The translations under genes were made by a program, and so were the position numbers. From the NCBI GenBank assembly GCA_040770465.1, contig JAXGJB010000023.1:1-40360 (forward strand): a stretch of 40,360 bases of DNA, in the 5' to 3' direction. The DNA comes from Methanothrix sp. Lineage in GTDB: Archaea > Halobacteriota > Methanosarcinia > Methanotrichales > Methanotrichaceae. The first letter of the stretch is position 1; each line of letters begins with the position of its first letter. Positions 9,614 to 18,081 of the stretch are shown here, one piece after another. The notes under the pieces are model-generated. The model had not been told where the DNA came from. It did no database searches and saw only the letters and a list, made by a program, of their open reading frames with translations.

Positions 9614-12052
9614 ATGGCGATCGCGGTTCTGGCCAGGGCCGAGAAGGGACGGGTCCTCGTCCTCCCCCTCCGGGGGAGGAACGCCCTCTTCGAAGGGCAT
9701 CTCCGCCTCCAGGAGACGCCCAAAGGCCCGAGGCCAAAGAAGTTTCTGATAAATAAAGACGGGGACGAAAGGTACCTCCAGCCCGACGACCTGGTGAGGC
9801 TCCTCCGGAAGGCTGGGGAGATCTTCATCGCCCGGGGCGACCCCGCCGTTGAAGGTCAGTTCGTCGCATTTCTCGAAGCGTATCAGCTCCCATGCCGGAA
9901 GGTATCCGTCTGCCAGCTCTGTCTCTCGGAGAAGAGGATCTTCACCCCCCTGGACAGAAAAGCCGTCCGGTTCAAGGGCGACCTGATCTGCGAGCGGTGC
10001 GCCCTGGAGGAACTCCAGAGAGAGGCCGACTTCAGGCATCTTGGTCGGGCCGCAAAGCTCCATCTGGCGAGGATCCTACTGAAAAGAAGAGACCTCGACG
10101 CCGTCCTCGGCCTCCTCAGCCTCGAGAGGCTCGACTCTGATCTCACCCGTTTCGACGAGATCCCGGCCGTTAAGGAGGAGGACCCCATGCCCGTCGAAGC
10201 CCTCGACCTTCCGGCCGAGCTGAAGAGCCATATTGCCAACAGGACAAAGACCCTCCTCCCGGTCCAGACGAAGGCGGTCCGCGGCGGGCTTCTGGAGGGA
10301 AAAAGCCTCCTGGTCGTCTCGGCCACCGCCACCGGCAAGAGCCTGGTAGGGGAGATGGCGGGGATCAAAAACTTCCTGGAAGGAAAGGGCAAGCTCCTCT
10401 TCCTCGTCCCCCTGGTGGCCCTCGCCAACCAGAAGTACGACCAGCTCTCCCTCTATCGGGATCTTGGGGCCAGAACCTCCATCCGGGTTGGAGTCAGCAG
10501 GATCAAGCTCGGCAAGGCGAAGAGGATGAGCCAGGACCTCAACTCCGAGATCATCGTCGGGACCTACGAGGGGGTCGACCAGGTCCTCCGGACAGGAAGA
10601 TCTCTCGGCAAGGTGGGGACGGTGGTGATCGACGAGGTCCACATGCTGGAGGAGAAAGAGCGGGGGCACAGGCTCTCGGGTCTGATCGCGAGGCTGCGGT
10701 TCACATTCCCAAAAGCCCAGTTCATCTACCTCTCAGCCACGGTGGGAAACCCGAAGACCCTCGCAGAGCAGCTCGGCTCCGACCTCATCGACTACCAGGT
10801 TAGGCCGGTTGCAATCGAGCGGCACCTGATCTTCGCAGAATCCCGGGAGAAGAGGGGGCTGTTAAGAAGGCTCGTAAAGGAGGCGGCTTCAAAGACCTCC
10901 TCGACCGGGTACATGGGCCAGACGATAATCTTCACCAACTCGAGGAAGAACTGCAACAACCTCTCCGCGGCGATCCCGAACTCCGCCGCCTACCACGCCG
11001 GGATGCAGTACGAGCAGAGGAGAAAGGTGGAGACCGCGTTCGCCGAGGGGAAGATCGACGCCGTGGTGACGACGGCGGCCCTCGCCGCAGGGGTCGACTT
11101 CCCCGCATCCCAGGTGATCTTCGACTCCCTCGCCATGGGGATCGAGTGGCTCTCTGTCCACGAGTTCAACCAGATGCTTGGGAGGGCCGGCAGGCCCGGC
11201 TACCACGATCGGGGGATAGTCTACCTCCTCCCCGAGCCCGGCAAGAAGTACCAGGGCGGCAGAAGCGAGTCCGAGGACGAGGTGGCCCTCCACCTCCTCC
11301 GTGGCGAGATGGAGGACGTCCTCCCAGAGTACGAGGAGGAAGAGCAGGAGGAGGAGGTTCTGGCCAACGCCGTGGTGGCGAAATCCAGAGAGGATCTCGT
11401 CCGTCTCCACGGGCTGACGATCGGCCTCGACGACCTGAACTTTAGCCTTGCGGCACTGGAGAGGGCCGACCTCGTCCGGGGGATCTCTCCCACCCGGATG
11501 GGGCGAGCGGCCGCAGCCCACTTTCTCACTCCAGAGGAGGTGGTGGTGATAAGGAAGGGGCTCTCAGAGGAGAAGACGCCTCAGGAGGTGGCCGTCGACC
11601 TTGAGAGGTTTGAGGACATTTACCTCAAGGCGGCGGAACGGATCTCGGCCACGCTGCGGATGCAGCTCTCGTCGAGGGCGCTTCACGGCTCGGTGATGGA
11701 CCTCCTATCAAGCGAAGACCTCACAAAGCTCGACCCTAAGGTGCGCGAGGAATTGATGAACTTCGCCCGGGACTTCACCCGATGCGGCTGCAAAGACGCT
11801 CCCTACTGCGGCTGCCCCGAGAGGATGGTCTCCCTCAAGATCCTGGAGCTTCGGGCCGGGGGGGCGAGCCCGAATCGGATCATCCAGGATTTCACCGACT
11901 CTTACGGGATGTACGCCTACTCCGGCGACCTCATAAACTACCTGGACACCATCGTCCGCCACCTGGAGGCGATCGAAAATATGGCGCGGGTCCTGGGGAG
12001 AAGGGACGCTGCAGCGGAGGCGAAGAGGATCCGGGAGAAGATCGAGGGGTAA
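9614..12052 (+). CDS. Archaea-specific Ski2-like SF2 helicase (ASH-Ski2/COG1202 type)
   Basis: SATATGKS, DEVH, SAT and QMLGRAGRP helicase motifs; N-terminal CQLC/CERC and C-terminal CGCKDAPYCGC Cys clusters. Confidence 0.88.
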   Translation: MAIAVLARAEKGRVLVLPLRGRNALFEGHLRLQETPKGPRPKKFLINKDGDERYLQPDDLVRLLRKAGEIFIARGDPAVEGQFVAFLEAYQLPCRKVSVCQLCLSEKRIFTPLDRKAVRFKGDLICERCALEELQREADFRHLGRAAKLHLARILLKRRDLDAVLGLLSLERLDSDLTRFDEIPAVKEEDPMPVEALDLPAELKSHIANRTKTLLPVQTKAVRGGLLEGKSLLVVSATATGKSLVGEMAGIKNFLEGKGKLLFLVPLVALANQKYDQLSLYRDLGARTSIRVGVSRIKLGKAKRMSQDLNSEIIVGTYEGVDQVLRTGRSLGKVGTVVIDEVHMLEEKERGHRLSGLIARLRFTFPKAQFIYLSATVGNPKTLAEQLGSDLIDYQVRPVAIERHLIFAESREKRGLLRRLVKEAASKTSSTGYMGQTIIFTNSRKNCNNLSAAIPNSAAYHAGMQYEQRRKVETAFAEGKIDAVVTTAALAAGVDFPASQVIFDSLAMGIEWLSVHEFNQMLGRAGRPGYHDRGIVYLLPEPGKKYQGGRSESEDEVALHLLRGEMEDVLPEYEEEEQEEEVLANAVVAKSREDLVRLHGLTIGLDDLNFSLAALERADLVRGISPTRMGRAAAAHFLTPEEVVVIRKGLSEEKTPQEVAVDLERFEDIYLKAAERISATLRMQLSSRALHGSVMDLLSSEDLTKLDPKVREELMNFARDFTRCGCKDAPYCGCPERMVSLKILELRAGGASPNRIIQDFTDSYGMYAYSGDLINYLDTIVRHLEAIENMARVLGRRDAAAEAKRIREKIEG

Positions 12053-12062
12053 AATGTGATCT

Positions 12063-12623
12063 TCATCCCTGGATCTGGTAATCGATCGTCACTTCCGCCC
12101 CTTCCACCTCGTAGCCGACGGCCTCCACCAGCATCGACCCCTCGGCCTCGGTGACGGAGTAGGCGAGCTCCTCCGAAGAGCTGACGGTCAAAACCGTCGC
12201 ATCTTTTGGGAGATAAAACGCCAGGTGGCACTCGTCCCACAAGCCTTCGGCCTCGAATTCCAGCCTCGTCTCTTCTCCCAGCATCGAGGTCAAGCCGTCG
12301 GTGAGGGCGTAGATCTCCCCCGTATCCTCGTCGTATTCGAGCTCCGAGCCCTCGAGGAAGTCGAGCTCCTCCAGCCGGTCGGTCTTCAGATAGCCGACGA
12401 TGAGAGCCATCCCCTCATAGTCCAGGTATACGTCCAGGACGATGCTTCCCGACGCCTCTTCTGCCTCGCCGTCGTCAACCTCTCCCCGGGAATCGGAGGC
12501 GAAGGCCGATGAGGCCGAGAGGACCAGAAGGACGAACACGGCAATGAGAAAGCGGGACGACGCCGGAAGCTTCGAGCCCCGGCCGGGAGTTCGAAGCTGC
12601 AGATCTCCTTTAATCAAATCCAA
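12063..12623 (-). CDS. Secreted acidic protein, paralog of the extracellular domain of the 13809-14885 protein
   Basis: Signal-peptide-like segment FLIAVFVLLVLSASSAFA. Domain IVLDVYLDYEGMALIVGY...YDEDTGEIYALTDGLT...HLAFYLP...GYEV aligns by eye with the upstream paralog. TTG start overlaps the stop of the previous gene. Confidence 0.75.
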   Translation of the reverse strand: MDLIKGDLQLRTPGRGSKLPASSRFLIAVFVLLVLSASSAFASDSRGEVDDGEAEEASGSIVLDVYLDYEGMALIVGYLKTDRLEELDFLEGSELEYDEDTGEIYALTDGLTSMLGEETRLEFEAEGLWDECHLAFYLPKDATVLTVSSSEELAYSVTEAEGSMLVEAVGYEVEGAEVTIDYQIQG

Positions 12624-13669
12624 AACCTCTCGGATAGAGGAGAGAGCAGGTTGGGCTCGTCGACCATCATATCAAAACCGTCGCCACCGTACCATCCGGG
12701 AACGACGAGATCGGGGCATAGACCTCCGCACCCCAGGTCCCGGAGGATCACGTCGTCGAACTCTGGCTCAAATGGGCAGCCACTCATCCAGCATCCGGGG
12801 CAGAGGAAAGGCGGCATTCCAGCAGATTCAGGACTGAATAGGATCGTCTCCGCAACGGTGACCTTTCGGCCCGGACCCGGACAACCCGGACCCGGACAAC
12901 CCGAACCCAATGACCCCAAACCCAGTGACTCAGACCAGTCCCCGATCCAACATGCTCCAAATAGTTCCGATCCGGCCAACCCATCCATCCAGTCAGGGCA
13001 GGCCGCGATCCCCAATCCAGGGCCGACGGACGAGGCCAGGACGAGGGCGTAGCTCCCGGCGTAAGGGCCGCTGAAGATCACCAGGCTTCCCGCGCCTATC
13101 TCTGATCCGTTCGCAAGGCTGGTCTGGACGAAGATCCTCCCCGCCAGCTCCAGCCCCGACTCTGGCGCGTCCGGGATGGCACACCAGCCCCAGACCGGCT
13201 CCATCAGGTCAGCCTCCAGGGTCGTGTTCAGCTCCTCCGATGAGAGGCTGAGATTTTCCAGGAGGTAGTGGGCGTGGCCGAAGCGGAGGTTGCCCCGATG
13301 GATGTAACCCTCTTCCGCCCCCTCGATCTCCGCCTTGATCTCCCCCAGGGTCCTGTTCTCGCCCAGGAGCATCCGAACCCGCGAGGGATCAAGCCCCCTC
13401 ACCCGTTCCACCTGCAGCCTCACCGGAATCAGCTCGTCGGCCTGGCCCAGGGCGAGGCCCACCTCCGAAATGACGATCGATATCAGAACCGGCGGTCCCC
13501 CTCCGGTATGGTCCATATCGACAATTTGAGCAGCGACCAGGCCCGGCCCCCTCACCAATATCTCCTCGTGGTAGATCGTCTCCAACGGGAGAGGGTGACC
13601 CGCGTCCGCAAAGCTCACCAACATCAGGGTCATAAATCCCAGGAACAGGGTCCGGATCCATGGGTTCAT
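12614..13669 (-). CDS. Secreted hypothetical protein with a Cys/Gly/Pro/Trp-rich C-terminal tail
   Basis: Signal peptide MNPWIRTLFLGFMTLMLVSFADA (ATG 13669); tail contains GCPGPGCPGP, CPGC and CGGLC. Confidence 0.7.
   Translation of the reverse strand: MNPWIRTLFLGFMTLMLVSFADAGHPLPLETIYHEEILVRGPGLVAAQIVDMDHTGGGPPVLISIVISEVGLALGQADELIPVRLQVERVRGLDPSRVRMLLGENRTLGEIKAEIEGAEEGYIHRGNLRFGHAHYLLENLSLSSEELNTTLEADLMEPVWGWCAIPDAPESGLELAGRIFVQTSLANGSEIGAGSLVIFSGPYAGSYALVLASSVGPGLGIAACPDWMDGLAGSELFGACWIGDWSESLGLGSLGSGCPGPGCPGPGRKVTVAETILFSPESAGMPPFLCPGCWMSGCPFEPEFDDVILRDLGCGGLCPDLVVPGWYGGDGFDMMVDEPNLLSPLSERFWI
12870..12908. repeat. 15-bp tandem repeat encoding GCPGP x2
   Basis: cccggacccggacaa x2 followed by cccgaaccc. 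Confidence 0.8.
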
Positions 13670-13808
13670 GATCGACCACATCCTCTCTCTTCTGGCAGAT
13701 CTTTCCGCTCCAGACGGCGTCGGATGGATGCATCTTCCAATCCGCATCTTGAATATCGGGGCAACTCCAGGTCCATCTCAAAGAGAGGGTCTGAGCCCTC
13801 GATCGCCC

Positions 13809-14885
13809 TCATCTCCCCCCCTGGCTCAGCCGCTCGGAGAGCTCGATGACGTTGGTTCTGCCCCATTCCTTCTTGGTCACGATATTTCTCCTCTCCAAAG
13901 AGACGATGATCCCGGTGAGGGAGGATTTGGGAATCCCCGTCTCGTACCTTATATCGGCCTGGGTCATCTTCCCCTCGTGCTTGATCAGAGCCTCCAGCAC
14001 CGACCTCTCCCTCTCAGTCAGGGTCTCCATCACCGCCGCCATCTCCCCGGAGATCGGAGCCTCGCCGGCCGCCTCTTCCTCGGCCTCTGCGGCAGGCAAA
14101 CCCTCGGCCGACGGAGCGGCCGGGGCGGCTCTGGAGAGATCTGCCTGGTCCACCAGGACCTCACCCCCGCCGACCTCTCGATATCCTGAGGCAGCCCTCG
14201 CCTCCTCGGATACGGCTGGTGTCTCCAAGGGAGGTGACTCCGGCCTCGCCGGCCTTCTGAGCTTGAAAACAGAAAATATTACGATGACGATGATGCTTCC
14301 CGCCGCCAGAATCAGGGGGAGGAGGGAGCTCTCCTCAGACTGGAGAGGCTGAAGAGGCTGAATGCCTGCAGCCTCGGTATCGGCCCCCGCGTCGACTACT
14401 GACTGGCGGTACTGGACGGTTGCGGTGGGGCTCGCGACGTCGTAGCCGTGAAACTCCACCACAAAGGATTCGCTGGACGAGGAGACGAGGTAATCGAGCC
14501 CTTCGGTCCCGGTGATGTTGCTGAGCTGGACGTTCTCCGTCAGGTAAAAGGTGACGTGGTACTCGGCGTATACCCCAACAGCTGGGAGGATTATCTCCCA
14601 GTCGTCTCCATTCTTCATGGTGAGAGCGTTGGTCACCGCGTAAAGCTGCTGCGCGTCCTCGTCGTACTGATACTCGGAGGCGTTGAGAAAGGGAAGGCCT
14701 CCGATGCTCTTGGCATACCCGGTCACCAGAGCCTTGCCCGCATCGTCCACATATATGTCGAGGACGAGCCCCGCTGAATCGGAGCTTTCATTTTCGACGG
14801 CTCCAGAGCCGGAGCTGAGGAGGACCGCCACCATCACCAGGAGGGTAATTGCCCGCAGACCGAGCCAGTCTTTATCCGTCATCAT
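13809..14885 (-). CDS. Membrane-anchored protein with a C-terminal helix-turn-helix (COG2512-like)
   Basis: Signal peptide, about 130-aa extracellular domain, TM helix LLPLILAAGSIIVIVIFSVF followed by KLRR, Ala/Glu linker, and wHTH LTERERSVLEALIKHEGKMTQADIRYETGIPKSSLTGIIVSLERRNIVTKKEWGRTNVI. Confidence 0.85.
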   Translation of the reverse strand: MMTDKDWLGLRAITLLVMVAVLLSSGSGAVENESSDSAGLVLDIYVDDAGKALVTGYAKSIGGLPFLNASEYQYDEDAQQLYAVTNALTMKNGDDWEIILPAVGVYAEYHVTFYLTENVQLSNITGTEGLDYLVSSSSESFVVEFHGYDVASPTATVQYRQSVVDAGADTEAAGIQPLQPLQSEESSLLPLILAAGSIIVIVIFSVFKLRRPARPESPPLETPAVSEEARAASGYREVGGGEVLVDQADLSRAAPAAPSAEGLPAAEAEEEAAGEAPISGEMAAVMETLTERERSVLEALIKHEGKMTQADIRYETGIPKSSLTGIIVSLERRNIVTKKEWGRTNVIELSERLSQGGR

Positions 14886-14927
14886 TTATCCTTCGGCAAC
14901 GCCGATTCCGGCCGGAAGTTGGGGTCG

Positions 14928-14946
14928 AATATATTTAAGATTTCGG
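14928..14946 (-). promoter_or_regulatory. Putative BRE-TATA promoter of the leftward HTH operon
   Basis: Minus strand reads CCGAAATCTTAAATATATT, about 45 bp upstream of the ATG. Confidence 0.5.
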
Positions 14947-15060
14947 CATCTTGAAGGCTTGAGGGCGAGCCCGTCCCGGAAAGATGAGGCAGGCAGACAT
15001 CAGATCTCACGATTAGACGTATAATTCATAAATGATTAAGTTCAACCTGGGACGTTCGAT

Positions 15061-16404
15061 ATGAGCCGAAAGTCTTCTTGCATCAGGATCAGATCAGAGA
15101 GAGTCACCCTACCGTTAGCCCTGCTCCTCCTGCTTCTATCCGCCATCACCCTCGCCTCGGGAGCCCTGGAGGCGAACGAATACGGCGAGATCGTGGAAGC
15201 GTCAGAGGCGACCGGACCGGAGACGTCGGAGGACGCCGCCGGCATTCCAGCCGAATCCGGAGAGTCGGGGGCCGGAGATGGTGGGGCCACGGAAGCGGCC
15301 GATGCGTCGGATTCCATCGATGGGGCCGATAACTCCGGAATGGACGCGTCGGAGAAGACCGATCCGACGGAGGCTAAGGAGTCGGCAGACGTCGACGGAT
15401 CTGACGAGGACGAAGCGGATGGTGGAGAGTCGGCAGACGTCGAAGGACCCGACGAGGACGAAGCGGACGGTGGTGAGCCGACGACTGCCGAGGCGGTCGT
15501 CTACGTCATCAACAACGACGACGACACCCTGAGCATATCACTCTATATAGACTCGGAGCTTGTGGGAACCGAGGAGATCTCCAAGGATAAAGAGAAGAAG
15601 TTCGGTGACTACCAGCTTGAGGCGGGGTCCCACGAGTTCGAGATCAGCTGGTGGGATGACGACACAAAGAAGACCCACCGAGAGGAGCTGACGGAGACGG
15701 TGGAGGAAGAGACGGCGGTCACCCTCTACGCGACCCAGCACAAGGAGCCCGAAGAGCACGAGATCAACGTCATGTTGAGAAACGAGAACGATGAAGACCT
15801 GGAAGCCTACCTGTACATAGACGGCGAGTACGAGAAGCTGAAGACCGCCAAAAAAGAGAGCACCACCGACTTCGGCAAGTTCGACATCGAAGAGGGGACC
15901 CACGAGCTTGCGGTGAGGTGGCAGGACCCCGAGACGAACATCGAGTACGAGAAGAGGAAGACGATCCGGGTGGACGGGACGGACGCAGTGACCTTCTACG
16001 CCCCTGCAGGAATGAGCTTCGATAGCGATGAGGTGGCGGCCCCCGCGACTAAATCCTCGAGGACAACAAAAAGCGACGACGAATCGGCTTCAACAGCATC
16101 CTCAAGCGAAACGTCGTCGTCATCGGCGAAAGAGGAAGGAGAAGTGGATACTGCATCAAAGACAGAAAAGGATACAGCATCCGAGACCGAAAAGATCGAT
16201 TCACAGCGGGGATCTTCAAACTCCAATGAGGTCGGAGCCGCCGCTGACGGAATGGGGACGACCGCGGAAGAGACTGTGCGGTCCGGGGACGGAAGAGAGG
16301 ATGACGGGGGCGGAGACGAAAGTTCCGATGCCGGTGGCGCCGCCCTGTACATATCGACGATCGGAGCCATCCTCGCCATATACATCATATTCTTCAGGCG
16401 TTGA
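15061..16404 (+). CDS. Acidic cell-surface protein with two tandem beta-rich (PEGA/Ig-like) repeats and a C-terminal membrane anchor
   Basis: Signal peptide; internal repeats VINNDDD..LYIDSE..FGDYQLEAGSHE..W and LRNEND..LYIDGE..FGKFDIEEGTHE..W; Ser/Thr-rich linker; C-terminal TM helix plus RR. Confidence 0.75.
   Translation: MSRKSSCIRIRSERVTLPLALLLLLLSAITLASGALEANEYGEIVEASEATGPETSEDAAGIPAESGESGAGDGGATEAADASDSIDGADNSGMDASEKTDPTEAKESADVDGSDEDEADGGESADVEGPDEDEADGGEPTTAEAVVYVINNDDDTLSISLYIDSELVGTEEISKDKEKKFGDYQLEAGSHEFEISWWDDDTKKTHREELTETVEEETAVTLYATQHKEPEEHEINVMLRNENDEDLEAYLYIDGEYEKLKTAKKESTTDFGKFDIEEGTHELAVRWQDPETNIEYEKRKTIRVDGTDAVTFYAPAGMSFDSDEVAAPATKSSRTTKSDDESASTASSSETSSSSAKEEGEVDTASKTEKDTASETEKIDSQRGSSNSNEVGAAADGMGTTAEETVRSGDGREDDGGGDESSDAGGAALYISTIGAILAIYIIFFRR
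15379..15474. repeat. 48-bp in-frame tandem repeat (ESADVxGxDEDEADGG x2)
   Basis: Two copies at 15379-15426 and 15427-15474. Confidence 0.85.
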
Positions 16405-16408
16405 GACG

Positions 16409-18052
16409 ATGAGAGCACTCCTGGCCTGCCTGTTCCTGGCCTCGATGATCGGGGCGGCGGTGGAGTGGGGGGACCGGACCGAAGGGGAGCTCCGATGGGG
16501 TGAGACCCTTCAGATGGGCGAGTACTCCCTGGAGGCGGCGGACTTCACCCCCGAGGATAAGACGCCGAGGATGGTGATGCTGAACCTCCGCAAAGACGGC
16601 GAGCTAATCGCCACCCGAGCCCTGAAGTCGGGCGACTCCTTCTCCCTCGACGACGAGGTGATGGTGGTGGTCGAGGAGGTGAGGATGACCGATCGCCTGG
16701 CGGGCGGGTCGGCCGAGCCCCGGGCCGAGGTCCTCCTCCAGGTCCGCGCGGTTCCTGAACTTGTGATCCGCGTCGTCTCTGAGGAGGACTCCTATGAGGG
16801 TGGGGACCGGGTGAAGCTGGAGATCGAGGTCGAGAACGCCGGGATGGCGGAGGCCGAAGATCTGAAGCTGGAGTTGACCTCTGATCCCCCCCTTGTCTTT
16901 TCGAGCTACTCGAGATCGAAGCTCGCCCCCGGCGAGGTCTGGGACGACGACCCGGATACCGGGGAGATCGACCCCATCGAGTTGAGCTTCGTCGTTCCGT
17001 CGTTTCCGGGGCCCCAGACGGTCCACGTCATGGCGACGGCCCATTACCTAGATTCCGAGGGCGATCTCCACGAGTCCAGGGGGATGACCAGCTTCGAGGT
17101 CTTCGGCCCCCTCAGGGTCTACAAGTACGCAGAAGACGAGATGAACTTCGGCGAGAGGAGCTTCGTCCACCTCTCCGTCAGAAACGTCGGCAACCGCTCT
17201 CTTGAGGTGGAGCTATCCGACTCTCCGGGCAGAGATTTTCGGGCGGACTCAAACCTCGAGTGGAACATGACCGTCCCCCCCGGTGGTACACAGACCGCAA
17301 GCTACACCGTCACCGCGAAGAAGCCAGGTTATGGTCAGATCCTCCCGCCGGCCGAGGCAGCCTACTCCATCGACGGGATGACCTACAGCGTCGGATCGGC
17401 GAGCCCGGTCATCGACGTCATCGGCCCTCTGGTGGAGGTCGAGAAGAAGGCCTCCTCCACCAGGGTCAGGCCGGGCGAATCGGTCACGGTGACCCTGACG
17501 GCGACGAACGCCGGCAACCGGAGGACAAAGGTCTCGATGAAGGAGACGATCCAGGCTGAGGGGAGCCTCACCTCCGGGGAGACGGAGCTCTCCCGCCTCC
17601 TCCTCCCCGGCGAGTCGGCGGCTCTGGTCTACGCCATATCCTGGGACGAGCCGGGGAGGTTTGAGATCCCGGCCACCGTCATCTGCTACCAGGACGACGA
17701 CGGGACCATCTGCAACCTGGAGTCATCGCGGCTGAGGATAACCGTCGAGGAGGATGAAGAGCCGAACTCGACCTCGAACTCGACCTCGGCCGCCGACCTG
17801 GAGGATGCGGGAACGCCGACGGAAGAAGGGGCGGCCTCTGACCCGGCAGGGATGGGGACAGGGGTCGGAAGCGATGAGGGACAAGGCGATGATGGGAGAC
17901 CAGCGGGCGGGATAGCAGGCGATGAGAGAGGAGAGGGTGCCGAGAAGGCCGGACCCCTCCAGGAGGGGGACGGGCCGGGTGGCGGATCGATCTTATGGGG
18001 CCTGGCGGCGCTGATCCTGATCATATTCGTGGCCTTGGATCGCTACCTGTAG
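16409..18052 (+). CDS. Cell-surface protein with CARDB/DUF11/BatD-like Ig-fold repeats and a C-terminal anchor
   Basis: Start placed at ATG 16409 (MRALLACLFLASMIGA signal peptide). Repeated 'G..V.(L/V).(I/L).V.N.G' strands, an acidic linker and a C-terminal TM helix. Confidence 0.78.
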   Translation: MRALLACLFLASMIGAAVEWGDRTEGELRWGETLQMGEYSLEAADFTPEDKTPRMVMLNLRKDGELIATRALKSGDSFSLDDEVMVVVEEVRMTDRLAGGSAEPRAEVLLQVRAVPELVIRVVSEEDSYEGGDRVKLEIEVENAGMAEAEDLKLELTSDPPLVFSSYSRSKLAPGEVWDDDPDTGEIDPIELSFVVPSFPGPQTVHVMATAHYLDSEGDLHESRGMTSFEVFGPLRVYKYAEDEMNFGERSFVHLSVRNVGNRSLEVELSDSPGRDFRADSNLEWNMTVPPGGTQTASYTVTAKKPGYGQILPPAEAAYSIDGMTYSVGSASPVIDVIGPLVEVEKKASSTRVRPGESVTVTLTATNAGNRRTKVSMKETIQAEGSLTSGETELSRLLLPGESAALVYAISWDEPGRFEIPATVICYQDDDGTICNLESSRLRITVEEDEEPNSTSNSTSAADLEDAGTPTEEGAASDPAGMGTGVGSDEGQGDDGRPAGGIAGDERGEGAEKAGPLQEGDGPGGGSILWGLAALILIIFVALDRYL

Positions 18053-18081
18053 ATAGTTAATTTAAATTGATTTGTATAAAT

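Noticed and set aside
16028-16408. N-terminal extension of the 674-aa ORF, and likewise 28532-29173, 31725-31934, 33084-33131 and 1359-1442
   Set aside because: These overlap other genes or promoters. Signal peptides, RBS positions or family N-termini point to the downstream starts used in the feature list.
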